Shown: positions 17,109 through 27,115, numbered from the stretch's first letter. The stretch: DNA of 64,000 bases from Angustibacter luteus (GCF_039541115.1 NZ_BAABFP010000007.1:248001-312000), one strand, 5' to 3'. Notes: generated by a model from the sequence alone, not told the origin. Numbers and translations: made by a program.

Positions 17109-18212
17109 ATGACCAGCACCACAGCCATCACCGCCAGTACCATCATCGCGAGCCAGCCCGCGCCGTCCGACGCCATCCTCGCCGAACGCGCCGACGTCCT
17201 GGCCCATCCTGGGCGCTACCGGGTCCTCACCGGGGACCGGCCCACCGGGGCGCTGCACCTCGGGCACTACCTCGGCACGCTGCGCGAGCGCGTGCGGCTG
17301 CAGGACGCCGGGGTGCCGACGTACCTCGTCATCGCCGACTACCAGGTGATCACCGACCGGGTCGACACCAGCGAGGTCGCGGCGAGCATCCGCGAGCTGG
17401 TGCTCGACTACCTGGCCTGCGGCATCGACCCGGCGCGCACCACTGTGTTCGTGCACAGCGCCGTCCCCGAGATCGGCCAGCTCATGCTGCCGCTGCTGTC
17501 CGCGACGACCCTGTCCGAGCTGCGCCGCAACCCGACCGTGAAGGCGGAGGTCGCCGAGTCCGGGTCCAGCGCCATCGGCGGGCTGATGCTCACCTACCCG
17601 GTGCACCAGGCGGCGGACATCCTCTCCGTCGGCGGCACCCTCGTGCCGGTCGGCGGGGACCAGCTGCCGCACCTGGAGCAGAGCCGCGCCGTCGCCCGAC
17701 GGATCAACGAGCGGTACGGCGCCGGGCAGGTCGTGCTGACGCCCCCGCAGGCGCTGCTCACCGAGGCGCCGCGGTTGCTGGGCACCGACGGGCGCAAGAT
17801 GTCCAAGAGCCGGCGCAACGCCATCGACCTCGGCGCCAGCGAGGACGAGACCGCTCGCCTGGTGCGCGGCGCCGTCACGGACTCGTTGCGGCACATCACC
17901 TACGACCCGGTCGCGCGGCCCGAGGTGTCCAGCCTGCTGCTGGTGGCGGCGCTGTGCACCGACCGGACGCCGCTGGAGGTCGCCGACGAGGTGGGCGGTG
18001 GCGGCGCGTCAGCGCTCAAGGTAGTGGTGACGGAGGCCGTCAACGAGCACCTGCGCCCGATCCGCGCCCGCCGGCGCGAGCTCGAGCGCGACCCCGCCGT
18101 CGTCCGGGACGTGCTGAGGTCCGGCGTCGAGCGGGCCCGGCCGGTGGCGGCGGCCACCCTGGCCCGGGTGCATGAGGCCCTGGGGCTGAGCTACGACCTG
18201 GGCTTGGCGTAG
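17109..18212 (+). CDS. trpS: Tryptophan--tRNA ligase (auxiliary TrpRS II-type)
   Basis: TGDRPTGALHLGH, YPVHQAADIL, VPVGGDQLPH, KMSKS. Confidence 0.95.
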   Translation: MTSTTAITASTIIASQPAPSDAILAERADVLAHPGRYRVLTGDRPTGALHLGHYLGTLRERVRLQDAGVPTYLVIADYQVITDRVDTSEVAASIRELVLDYLACGIDPARTTVFVHSAVPEIGQLMLPLLSATTLSELRRNPTVKAEVAESGSSAIGGLMLTYPVHQAADILSVGGTLVPVGGDQLPHLEQSRAVARRINERYGAGQVVLTPPQALLTEAPRLLGTDGRKMSKSRRNAIDLGASEDETARLVRGAVTDSLRHITYDPVARPEVSSLLLVAALCTDRTPLEVADEVGGGGASALKVVVTEAVNEHLRPIRARRRELERDPAVVRDVLRSGVERARPVAAATLARVHEALGLSYDLGLA

Positions 18213-18727
18213 GGGAGGGCCAGCTCGAACCAGGCGACGTCCCAGTACCGGCCGAACTTGCGACCCACCTCGCGGTAGGTGCCGAGCGGGGTGAACCCGA
18301 TGGCCCGGTGCAGCGCCACCGACGCGTCGTTCGGGACGGCGATCCCGGCGTACGCGCGGTGCAGGTCCTCGCGGGCCAGCCCGGCGAGCAGTGCCTCGTA
18401 CAGCCGGCGGCCGAGGCCCTGTCCCACGGCGTCCGGCCGGCAGTAGATCGTCGTCTCGACCGAGGTGTCGTACGCCGGCTTGGGTCGCAGCGGGCTGCTC
18501 GTCGCGTAGCCGAGCACCTCGCCGTCGGCGTCCGCGACCAGCAGGCGGTGCGGACCGGTCGCCGCGTAGTGGTCGAACCACGCCTGCCGGTCCGGCACGG
18601 AGAAGGGCGTGACGTCGAACGTCGCGTTGGAGCCGGTCACGTAGTGGTTGTAGATCTCGGTCAGGGCTGGCAGGTCGCCCAGGACGCCGGGGCGGATCGC
18701 AGCCGGGGTGACGGTCGTGGCGCTCAC
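18191..18727 (-). CDS. GNAT N-acetyltransferase, phosphinothricin/methionine-sulfoximine acetyltransferase-like
   Basis: IYNHYV...ATFD, AYDTSVETTIY, GQGLGRRLY, NDASVALH..IGF, EVGRKFGRYWDV. Confidence 0.88.
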   Translation of the reverse strand: MSATTVTPAAIRPGVLGDLPALTEIYNHYVTGSNATFDVTPFSVPDRQAWFDHYAATGPHRLLVADADGEVLGYATSSPLRPKPAYDTSVETTIYCRPDAVGQGLGRRLYEALLAGLAREDLHRAYAGIAVPNDASVALHRAIGFTPLGTYREVGRKFGRYWDVAWFELALPYAKPRS

Positions 18728-18821
18728 GGCACGATTGTCTCGAACCATGCGGTGTCTCGGCATGCGAGAAGTCTCGTCTTGAGGGTTGGGCTTTGCCCAG
18801 ATCGGCCGATATCTTCCTCGA

Positions 18822-18934
18822 AGGTCATGAGTGCCAGCAGATAGCCCCGGCTTGCTGGCCGGCAACCCTCCTACCGCGGTGGGGTGCCCCGGGTGAGGAC
18901 CTGGCGTCGACGAGGTGTTGACGCAAGCGCGGAC
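18822..18934 (+). ncRNA. SAM-IV riboswitch
   Basis: GGTCATGAGTGCCAGC...CCCCGGCTTGCTGGCCGGCAACCCTCC..CGCGGTGGGGTGCCCCGGGTGAGGACC...GCAAGCGCGGA matches the SAM-IV consensus as I recall it; upstream of a sulfur-metabolism gene. Confidence 0.9.
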
Positions 18935-18969
18935 CCGCCAACGGCACGGTAGCCCAGGGTCCCTGGACC

Positions 18970-20397
18970 TTGGAGTACCCGTTGTCCGTTCAGCACAGCA
19001 CTCAGCAGACCCAGGCACAGCAGACCCAGCCGCAGTCCAGCGCCCAGCCGCGTCAGGACGCCGACTTCCCGGGCGCCGGGCCGCTCCTGCCCGTCGTCGG
19101 CGCCGAGCTCCAGGTCCCGGTCGTGACCGGCGGCACCGTGCGGTACGCCAACCTCGACTACGCCGCGAGTGCGCCGGCCCTGGAGTCCGTCGAGGCGCAC
19201 CTGGCCGAGGTCCTGCCCTACTACGCGAGCGTGCACCGCGGGGCGGGCTACGCGTCCCAGGTGTCCACCGCGGTGCTCGAGCGGGCCCGGGCCACGGTCG
19301 GCCGCTTCGTCGGCGCCCGCCAGGGCGACGTCGTCGTCTTCACCCGCAACACCACGGACGCGCTGAACCTGCTCGCCGGCTGCCTGCCCACGTGGGGCGA
19401 CGTCGTGTTCCTGGACGCCGAGCACCACGCCAACCTGCTGCCCTGGCAGCGCACCGCGCACCGTTATGTGCCCGTGCGCGCGTCGCTGGAGTCCACCCTC
19501 GCCTCCCTCGAGTCGGCACTGCGCGAGCAGCCGGCCGCCCTCGTGGCCATCACCGGCGCGTCCAACGTGACCGGTGAGGAGCTGCCGATCGATCGGGTCG
19601 TGGCCATCGCGCACCGGCACGGTGCGCGGGTCGTGGTGGACGCGGCGCAGCTCGCACCGCACCGCCGCATCGACCTGGACGCGACCGGCGTCGACTACCT
19701 GGCGTTCAGCGGTCACAAGCTCTACGCCCCTTACGGCACAGGCGTTCTGGTCGGTCGACGCGACTGGCTGGACCGTGGCACGCCGTACCTGGCCGGCGGG
19801 GGTGCCGTCCGCAACGTCACCCTCGAGCGCACCGACTGGGCCTGCGCGCCGCAGCGGCACGAGGGCGGGACCCCGAACGTGCTGGGCGCCGCGGCCCTGG
19901 CCGCCGCCTGCGACGCGCTCGCCGCCCTCCCCGAGGCCGCGCTCGAGGTGCACGAGGCGGCCCTGCGCGAGCGGTTGGTGCACGGACTGACCGAGCTGGC
20001 CGGCGTCCAGGTGCACCGGATCTTCGATGACGCGCCGTCCTCCATCGGTGTGGTGACCTTCACCGTCGACGGCTACGACCCCGGCCTGGTGGCGGCCTAC
20101 CTGTCCGCCGAGCACGGCATCGGCGTGCGGGACGGCAAGTTCTGCGCACACCCGCTGCTGGCCCGGCTCGGGCTGGACGACGGCGCCGTGCGCGCCAGCG
20201 TCGGGGTCGGCTCGCGGACCGAGGACGTCGACCGGCTGGTCGCCGCCGTCGCCACCCTGATCGACGCCGGACCGTCCTGGGCGTACGCGAACGTGGACGG
20301 TCGGCTGCAGCCGTCGCCGGACCCGCGCCCGCTGCCGGCCTGGGCCACCGGCGCCGGCACCGTCGGTGCGGCGCCCTGCACCCCCGAGCCGAGCTGA
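18970..20397 (+). CDS. Class V PLP aminotransferase / cysteine desulfurase (SufS-like)
   Basis: NLDYAASAP, SVHRG, FTRNTT, EHHANLLPW, DAAQ, SGHK.YAPYG, GVRDGKFCAHP. Confidence 0.9.
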   Translation: MEYPLSVQHSTQQTQAQQTQPQSSAQPRQDADFPGAGPLLPVVGAELQVPVVTGGTVRYANLDYAASAPALESVEAHLAEVLPYYASVHRGAGYASQVSTAVLERARATVGRFVGARQGDVVVFTRNTTDALNLLAGCLPTWGDVVFLDAEHHANLLPWQRTAHRYVPVRASLESTLASLESALREQPAALVAITGASNVTGEELPIDRVVAIAHRHGARVVVDAAQLAPHRRIDLDATGVDYLAFSGHKLYAPYGTGVLVGRRDWLDRGTPYLAGGGAVRNVTLERTDWACAPQRHEGGTPNVLGAAALAAACDALAALPEAALEVHEAALRERLVHGLTELAGVQVHRIFDDAPSSIGVVTFTVDGYDPGLVAAYLSAEHGIGVRDGKFCAHPLLARLGLDDGAVRASVGVGSRTEDVDRLVAAVATLIDAGPSWAYANVDGRLQPSPDPRPLPAWATGAGTVGAAPCTPEPS

Positions 20398-20404
20398 GGC
20401 CCGG

Positions 20405-21244
20405 TCAGCCGAGCGACGCGACGGCTTGGACGACGACGTCCGGCTCCTCGTCGACGATCCAGTGCGTGCCGGTCAGGTCGATCCGTCGGTACGGACCGTC
20501 GACGTAGTCGGCGCACCACTGCGCGGCCGCCCGGCCCACGCCGAGGTCGTGCTCGGCGGAGACGTACACGGTGGGCACGGTGACGTGCGGCACCGCGGCG
20601 AACTCCGGGCCGCCCATGGCGCGGTACCAGGACAGCGGGCCGCGCAGGCCGGCCTCGCTCAGCAGCGGGGCCAGGTAGCCCTGGACCTCGTCAGCGGTCA
20701 GCGCACCGCCCTGGAAGAACCGGCGCAGCACCGCTGCGTCGTCCGCCAGCAGGACCCGTTCGGCCGTGTTCTCCTTGCGCAGCAGCTGGAAGTAGCCGGA
20801 CAGCTCCTGCTGCTGGGCGTCCTCGCGGATGGCGCGGCCGAACGCGTGCGGGTGCGGCACCGACAGCGCGACCAGGCCGCGGACGCGCTGCGGGTGGTGC
20901 GCGGCCAGCGCCCAGCCGACCAGCGCACCCCAGTCGTGGCCGACCACGAGCGCGCGCTCGGCGCCGGCGTCGTCCAGCACTGCGAGCGCGTCGGCCACCA
21001 GGGCGTCCAGGCGGTAGGCGTCGACGTCGCGGGGCTGCGGGGCGGGGGAGTAGCCGCGCTGGTCGGGAGCGAGCGTGCGCAGGCCGAGCTGGTGCAGGCC
21101 GGGAAGGCAGCGGTCCCACATCCCGCCGTGCTGCGGGAACCCGTGCAGCAGTAGGGCGACCGGGGCGTCCTCGGGTCCCTCGTCGCGGACCCGCACGGTG
21201 AAGGCGGTGCCGGCGTGCTGACGGGTCACGGGTCGCAGGGTCAC
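20405..21244 (-). CDS. Alpha/beta hydrolase (epoxide hydrolase-like)
   Basis: LLHGFPQ, PDQRGYS, VVGHDWGA, SVPHP, WYRA, THW. Confidence 0.9.
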   Translation of the reverse strand: MTLRPVTRQHAGTAFTVRVRDEGPEDAPVALLLHGFPQHGGMWDRCLPGLHQLGLRTLAPDQRGYSPAPQPRDVDAYRLDALVADALAVLDDAGAERALVVGHDWGALVGWALAAHHPQRVRGLVALSVPHPHAFGRAIREDAQQQELSGYFQLLRKENTAERVLLADDAAVLRRFFQGGALTADEVQGYLAPLLSEAGLRGPLSWYRAMGGPEFAAVPHVTVPTVYVSAEHDLGVGRAAAQWCADYVDGPYRRIDLTGTHWIVDEEPDVVVQAVASLG

Positions 21245-21308
21245 GCCGCAACACCTACCACGGCGACCCCCGAGCGCGATGTCGGACGGCGGCGATAGCA
21301 TCCATAGC

Positions 21309-22763
21309 GTGGCTCAGGACGTCGCACCTGAACGGACCACGGCGGGTAGGCCCGTGACTGGCTATCCCGCCGCGGTGGAACGTCTGCGCGCTGAGTTCGC
21401 CGCCCTGCCGGCGGACCAGCCGGTGCGGCTGGCGAAGAAGACCAGCAACCTGTTCCGGCCGCGCGAGCGGTCGGCGCGCGCCGGCCTCGACGTGTCCGGC
21501 CTCGACCACGTCTTCGAGATCGACCCCGAGCGGCGGACCGCCTACGTCGGCGGCATGACGACGTACGAGCGCCTCGTCGACGCCACGCTGGCGCACGGGC
21601 TGATGCCGACGGTCGTCCCGCAGCTGAAGACCATCACCCTCGGTGGTGCGTTGACCGGCCTCGGGATCGAGTCGTCGTCCTGGCGGGCCGGGCTGCCGCA
21701 CGAGGCGGCCCTGTCCTTCGACGTGCTGACCGGGGCCGGCGAGATCGTCCGGGCCACCCCGGACGGCCCGGACGCCGAGCTGTTCCGGGTGTTCCCGAAC
21801 TCCTACGGCACGCTCGGCTACGCGGCGGCCGCGACCATCGAGCTGACGCCCGTGCACCCCTACGTTCGCCTACGGCACGTGCGGTTCACGGACCTGGACG
21901 CGCTCGGTGCGGCGATCGCCGACCTGGTGCGCGGCGCGCAGGACGGCCGGGCCAGCTGGGACGGCGAGCCGGTGGACTTCATCGACGGCTCGGTCTTCCC
22001 GACCCCGCCGGACGCCGACGGCCCGGCGCTCGAGGCGTTCCTGACCCTGGGCACGTGGGCCGACAACGCGCCGTACACCTCCGACTACACCGGTCAGGAC
22101 GTCTACTACCGGTCGGTGCGGTCCCGCCGGGAGGACTGGCTGACGGTGCGGGACTACCTGTGGCGCTGGGACACCGACTGGTTCTGGTGCTCGCGCGCGC
22201 TCGGCGTGCAGAACCCGCGCATCCGGCGCTGGGTGCCCAAGCAGTACCTGCGCAGCGACGTCTACCAGCGGATCATCGGGTTGGAGAACCGCTACCACGT
22301 CAAGGCTCGGATGGATGCCCGCAAGGGACTGCCGGAGCGCGAGCGGGTCGTGCAGGACGTCGAGATCCCGGTGGAGCGCACCGCCGACTTCCTGCGCTGG
22401 TTCATCGACACCGTGCCGATCGAGCCGATCTGGCTGTGCCCGTTGCGGCTGAGCCGTCCCGCGCCGACGGCCGACGGCACCTGGCCGCTGTACCCGCTCG
22501 GTCCGGACAGCCTCTACGTGAACGTCGGCTTCTGGTCGACCGTGCCGATCGCCGCGGGCGACCAGGACGGCGACGTGAACCGCCGCATCGAGGCCAAGGT
22601 CGCCGAGCTGGACGGCCACAAGTCCCTGTACTCCGACTCGTACTACGAGCCGGAGGAGTTCTGGCAGCTCTACGGCCGCGCCGAGTACGAGGCGGCCAAG
22701 CGGCGGTACGACCCGGATGAGCGTCTGCTCGATCTCTACGACAAGGCGGTGAGGCGACGGTGA
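21309..22763 (+). CDS. FAD-binding oxidoreductase, 10-methylene fatty acid reductase (BfaA/TmsA-like)
   Basis: RLAKKTSNLFR, VVPQLKTITLGG..TGLGIESSS, FPNSYGTLGY, GHKSLYS; coupled to a cfa-like gene. Confidence 0.85.
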   Translation: MAQDVAPERTTAGRPVTGYPAAVERLRAEFAALPADQPVRLAKKTSNLFRPRERSARAGLDVSGLDHVFEIDPERRTAYVGGMTTYERLVDATLAHGLMPTVVPQLKTITLGGALTGLGIESSSWRAGLPHEAALSFDVLTGAGEIVRATPDGPDAELFRVFPNSYGTLGYAAAATIELTPVHPYVRLRHVRFTDLDALGAAIADLVRGAQDGRASWDGEPVDFIDGSVFPTPPDADGPALEAFLTLGTWADNAPYTSDYTGQDVYYRSVRSRREDWLTVRDYLWRWDTDWFWCSRALGVQNPRIRRWVPKQYLRSDVYQRIIGLENRYHVKARMDARKGLPERERVVQDVEIPVERTADFLRWFIDTVPIEPIWLCPLRLSRPAPTADGTWPLYPLGPDSLYVNVGFWSTVPIAAGDQDGDVNRRIEAKVAELDGHKSLYSDSYYEPEEFWQLYGRAEYEAAKRRYDPDERLLDLYDKAVRRR

Positions 22764-24079
22764 GCGTGCTCGGTCAGTTCAAGCAGGATCCCGGTAGGCG
22801 TGGGCCCATGAGCATCGCGGAGGCCTTCGACATGGTCGTCGGACCGGTCGAGGGGCTGAGCTTCACGGCGTACGACGGGTCCCGGACCGGGTCGGCCGAC
22901 GCGCCGATCCAGCTGCGGCTGGTGAACCCGCGCGGCCTGGCCTACATCGCCGGGGCGCCGTCCTCGCTCGGGATGGCCCGGGCCTACCTGATGGAGGACC
23001 TCGAGGTCGACGGGATCCACCCCGGCGACCCGTACGAGCTGCTCCGGCGGGCTCAGACCCTGCTTGCGCCCAAGCGGCCGGCTCCGGCTGACGCGGCTCG
23101 CGCCCTGCGGTCCTTCGGCAAGCTCGCCCTGACGATGCCGCCGCCGCCGCCCAACGAGGTGCCCAGCGGGTGGCACCGGGCCCTGCACGGCCTGCGGCAC
23201 TCGCAACGGCGCGACGCCGAGGCGATCCACCACCACTACGACGTGAGCAACCGGTTCTACGAGATCGTGCTCGGGTCGTCCATGGCGTACACCTGTGCCT
23301 GCTACCCGAGCGACAGCGCGACGCTGGAGGAGGCCCAGGCGAACAAGTTCGACCTGGTCTGCCGCAAGCTCGGCCTGCAGCCCGGCATGCGGCTGCTGGA
23401 CGTCGGCTGCGGCTGGGGTGGCATGGTGCGGCACGCCGTGCGCGAGTACGGCGTGACGGCCATCGGGGTCACGCTCTCGAAGGACCAGGCCCAGTGGGCG
23501 CAGGCGGCGATCGCCGCGGACGGCCTGTCCGGCAAGGCCACGGTCCGCCACCAGGACTACCGGCACGTCGCCGAGACGGGCTTCGACGCGGTCAGCTCCA
23601 TCGGGCTGACCGAGCACATCGGGGTGCACAACTACCCGGCGTACTTCCGGTTCCTGCGCTCGCGGCTCGTGCCGGGCGGCCGGCTGCTCAACCACTCGAT
23701 CACCCGGATGGACAACCTGCACCCGGGGATCAAGCGCCGCGGCTTCATCGACCGGTACGTCTTCCCGGACGGCGAGCTGACCGGGGTCGGCTCGATCATC
23801 ACGGCCATGCAGGACGAGGGCCTGGAGGTCCAGCACGAGGAGAACCTGCGCCGGCACTACGCCCGGACGCTGGCCGCCTGGTGCGACAACCTCGTGCAGG
23901 GCTGGGACGAGGCGGTCGCGGAGGCCGGGCTGGCCACTGCCAAGGTCTGGGGTCTCTACATGGCGGGCTCGCGGCTGGCGTTCGACCGCCAGGACATCGA
24001 GCTCCACCAGGTGCTGGCCACCCGGACCGACGAGGGTGGCGACCCGCACTTCCCGATGCGTCCGGACTGGGGTGTTTGA
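22760..24079 (+). CDS. SAM-dependent fatty acid methyltransferase (Cfa/BfaB/TmsB-like; tuberculostearic acid synthesis)
   Basis: HHYDVSNRFY, MAYTCA, LLDVGCGWG, SIGLTEHIG, FIDRYVFPDGEL. Confidence 0.88.
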   Translation: MSVLGQFKQDPGRRGPMSIAEAFDMVVGPVEGLSFTAYDGSRTGSADAPIQLRLVNPRGLAYIAGAPSSLGMARAYLMEDLEVDGIHPGDPYELLRRAQTLLAPKRPAPADAARALRSFGKLALTMPPPPPNEVPSGWHRALHGLRHSQRRDAEAIHHHYDVSNRFYEIVLGSSMAYTCACYPSDSATLEEAQANKFDLVCRKLGLQPGMRLLDVGCGWGGMVRHAVREYGVTAIGVTLSKDQAQWAQAAIAADGLSGKATVRHQDYRHVAETGFDAVSSIGLTEHIGVHNYPAYFRFLRSRLVPGGRLLNHSITRMDNLHPGIKRRGFIDRYVFPDGELTGVGSIITAMQDEGLEVQHEENLRRHYARTLAAWCDNLVQGWDEAVAEAGLATAKVWGLYMAGSRLAFDRQDIELHQVLATRTDEGGDPHFPMRPDWGV

Positions 24080-24096
24080 CGGACTGGGGTGTTTGA
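24063..24096. repeat. Exact 17-bp tandem duplication over the cfa-like stop codon
   Basis: cggactggggtgtttga x2. Confidence 0.9.
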
Positions 24097-24220
24097 CGGC
24101 GGTCTGGTTCGCCCACTCGGGTGGCCGGGTGAGGTTCGGCTGACGGCCGCACCGGCAGGGGGTTTGCTTCCGGTAGAAACGCGTGAGCCGTGCAGCCCCG
24201 CCGGCCGTCGAGGAGCCCAG

Positions 24221-25579
24221 ATGCCGTTGCAGGACGTCGATGGGTTCCTCGACGCCCACGACGTGCTCGTCTTCCGCCGCGTCGGCAACCGGTGGACCCA
24301 TCTGGGTGGGCTCGGCCGCGGCGCCACCTGGGCGGGCTCGGTGGACGGCGACGAGCTCTCCGACCACGGGCTGCAGGCGGCGCTGTCGCGCGGGCGCCCG
24401 GTCCGCCGGCACGGTCAGCGGCCGCACGCCGTGCTCGGCCCCTACCGGGCCTCGACCTCGGCCGTGGTGCGGCTGGACGCCTACCACGCAGTGGTGCTCG
24501 GCTCCGGCCAACCGGACGCCGACCTGCTGCGCCTGGACGACAACCAGCTGCTCGACCTCGCCGCGCGAGCGACCGAGCGGGTCACCGCCGCTGCTCCGGC
24601 TCGCCACCTCGCCGACGAGCTCGTCGTGCTCTCCGCGCAGCGGGACCTGTCGGCCGGTGCTCCCGTCGGCGTCAGCCAGCTGCTCCTCCACGTGGCCGCG
24701 TCCGTGGCCAACGCGGTGTCCTGCGCCCTCGGCGCCATCTGGCTGGACGACGACCGGCACGCCGTGGCGACGCCCGAGTGGACCCCGGACGGCGGAGCGC
24801 AGCGGGCCGTCGTCGCCGCCCGCACGCTTGCGGCCGAAACCGGCGAGCTGCTCGTCGTCCAGGACGCGTCCGCCCGGCCGCTGCCCGCGCCGATCGGCCC
24901 CGACCCAGCGGTCTCGTCGTACCTGACCGTGCCGATCGAGGTGGACGGCGTGCGCGGGTGCCTGCTGCTGGTGCACACCCAGGGCGCGCCGAGCCGGTTC
25001 ACCCCGCTGTGCGAGCAGATCGCCGTCCAGCTCGCCCAGGTCGGCTCGCAGATGCTCGAGGTGGCCAGCACGCACGACGAGCTGGTGCGCCAGCTGGACT
25101 CCTCGCGCGAGCACGCCATCAGCGACCCGCTGACCGGGGCGGCCAACCGGCGCGGCTGGGACGAGGCCGTGACCCGGGCCCGCGACCACATCGCCGCCGG
25201 CGGCACGGTCACCGTCGTGTCCGTGGACCTGGACGACCTCAAGGTGGTCAACGACACCCACGGGCACGGTGCCGGCGACGAGCTGATCATCGCGTGCGCG
25301 CACGCCCTGCGGCGCTGCGTGCGCGGCCAGCCGGACGTGATCGCCCGGCTCGGCGGCGACGAGTTCGCCCTGCTGCTGCGCGGCTACGAGATCGATCCGG
25401 CCGAGATCGCGGAGCGGCTGCGCCGGTCGCTGGAGCGCACCCTGACCGGGCACGGCCTTCCCCTGCGCACCTCGGTCGGCGCCGCGACCTGCCCGCCCCG
25501 GGGCTCGATCGACGACGCGGTCCGCCGGGCGGACGTCGAGATGTACCGGGACAAGCGGGCCCGTCGCCAGTCCGGCTGA
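24221..25579 (+). CDS. GAF + GGDEF diguanylate cyclase
   Basis: YLTVPI..DG..G.L GAF-like segment; DPLTGAANRR, DLDDLKVVNDTHGH..GD, ARLGGDEF. Confidence 0.88.
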   Translation: MPLQDVDGFLDAHDVLVFRRVGNRWTHLGGLGRGATWAGSVDGDELSDHGLQAALSRGRPVRRHGQRPHAVLGPYRASTSAVVRLDAYHAVVLGSGQPDADLLRLDDNQLLDLAARATERVTAAAPARHLADELVVLSAQRDLSAGAPVGVSQLLLHVAASVANAVSCALGAIWLDDDRHAVATPEWTPDGGAQRAVVAARTLAAETGELLVVQDASARPLPAPIGPDPAVSSYLTVPIEVDGVRGCLLLVHTQGAPSRFTPLCEQIAVQLAQVGSQMLEVASTHDELVRQLDSSREHAISDPLTGAANRRGWDEAVTRARDHIAAGGTVTVVSVDLDDLKVVNDTHGHGAGDELIIACAHALRRCVRGQPDVIARLGGDEFALLLRGYEIDPAEIAERLRRSLERTLTGHGLPLRTSVGAATCPPRGSIDDAVRRADVEMYRDKRARRQSG

Positions 25580-25645
25580 GGTCCACCCGGTCGCGCCGGG
25601 CCGGGGCTGCGCTTGAATGGGGACCTCGAGCGACGAGAGGCAACC

Positions 25646-27115
25646 ATGACTGCGGCACCCAGCGTCTCCTACTCGATCACGGTGCGGTTGGAGCTGCCGG
25701 CCCGACCGACCGCGGTCAGCGAGCTCACCACGGTGATCGAGCGCGGCGGCGGGCTGGTCACGGCGCTGGACGTCACGGCGTCCGGCGCGGACCGGGTCCG
25801 CGTCGACGTCACGTGCGCGGCGCGGGACGTCGGCCACGCGAACACGCTGGTCGACGAGATGCGCGGGGTTCCCGGGGTCGAGATCGGCAAGGTCAGCGAC
25901 CGCACCTTCCTGGCCCACCTCGGCGGCAAGCTGACCATCGAGTCCAAGGTGCCGATCCGCAACCGGGACGACCTCTCGCTGGTCTACACCCCCGGGGTGG
26001 CGCGGATCTGCCGCGCCATCGCCGACGACCCCTCCGACGCGCGGCGGCTCACCATCAAGCGCAACACGGTGGCCGTGGTCACCGACGGCTCGGCCGTGCT
26101 CGGCCTCGGCAACCTCGGGCCGCTGGCCGCGTTGCCGGTCATGGAGGGCAAGGCCGCGCTGTTCAAGCGGTTCGCCGGCATCGACGCCTTCCCGATCTGC
26201 CTGGACACCCAGGACACCGACGAGATCGTGGCGGCCGTCAAGGCCATCGCGCCGGTGTTCGCCGGGATCAACCTCGAAGACATCAGCGCACCGCGCTGCT
26301 TCGAGATCGAGCGGCGGCTGCGCGCCGAGCTCGACATCCCGGTCTTCCACGACGACCAGCACGGCACGGCCATCGTGACGCTCGCCGCGTTGACCAACGC
26401 CCTGCGCGTCGTGCGCAAGGCGCTGCCCGACGTCCGGATCGTCATGTCCGGGGCCGGCGCGGCCGGCACCGCGATCCTGACCTTGCTGCTGCACGCCGGG
26501 GCGCGGGACGTCGTCGTGTGCGACGTGGCCGGCGTCGTGGCCGGCGACCGGCCGGACGTGCTGGCCGCGCCGGACTCGGCCCTGGCCGGCGTCGCCGCGC
26601 GCACCAACCCGCGCGGTGTGAGCGGCACCCTGCGCGAGGCGCTCGTCGGCGCGGACGTGTTCATCGGCGTCTCGGCCCCCGGCATCCTCACCGGCGACGA
26701 CATCGCCACCATGGCGTCGGACGCGATCGTCTTCGCGATGGCCAACCCCGACCCGGAGGTCGACCCGGTCGACGCGGCCCAGCACGCGGCCGTCGTGGCC
26801 ACCGGGCGCAGTGACTTCGCGAACCAGATCAACAACGTGCTGGCCTTCCCGGGCGTGTTCCGCGGCTTGCTCGACGCCCAGTCCACGAAGATCACCGAGG
26901 CGGTGCTGCTGGCGGCGGCCACCGCCCTGGCCGGGGTGGTCGCCGACGACGAGCTGAACGCCACCTACATCGTGCCCAGCGTGTTCCACCCCGACGTCAC
27001 GAAGGTCGTCGCCGCCGCTGTGCACCAGGCGGCCGGCCCCGCCCCCGTCCAGGCGCACCCGCACTCCAGCTCGCTCCCGGCGGCCGAGGCCGGCCCGACG
27101 TTCGGCCGCACGTGA
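25646..27115 (+). CDS. Malic enzyme with N-terminal ACT domain
   Basis: VYTPGVA, VTDGSAVLGLGN, VMEGK, INLEDI, FHDDQHGTA, GAGAAG, NQINNVLAFPG. Confidence 0.93.
   Translation: MTAAPSVSYSITVRLELPARPTAVSELTTVIERGGGLVTALDVTASGADRVRVDVTCAARDVGHANTLVDEMRGVPGVEIGKVSDRTFLAHLGGKLTIESKVPIRNRDDLSLVYTPGVARICRAIADDPSDARRLTIKRNTVAVVTDGSAVLGLGNLGPLAALPVMEGKAALFKRFAGIDAFPICLDTQDTDEIVAAVKAIAPVFAGINLEDISAPRCFEIERRLRAELDIPVFHDDQHGTAIVTLAALTNALRVVRKALPDVRIVMSGAGAAGTAILTLLLHAGARDVVVCDVAGVVAGDRPDVLAAPDSALAGVAARTNPRGVSGTLREALVGADVFIGVSAPGILTGDDIATMASDAIVFAMANPDPEVDPVDAAQHAAVVATGRSDFANQINNVLAFPGVFRGLLDAQSTKITEAVLLAAATALAGVVADDELNATYIVPSVFHPDVTKVVAAAVHQAAGPAPVQAHPHSSSLPAAEAGPTFGRT

Noticed and set aside
18191..18727. 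GNAT as a true phosphinothricin resistance gene (bar/pat)
   Set aside because: The family is widespread and often acts on methionine sulfoximine/sulfone; specificity cannot be read from sequence.
22736..27064. 1442-aa minus-strand ORF (and similar long ORFs such as 1092-3626, 6603-9923, 10014-12518)
   Set aside because: Shadow ORFs of real genes caused by high GC3; Arg/Gly/Pro-rich with no motifs.
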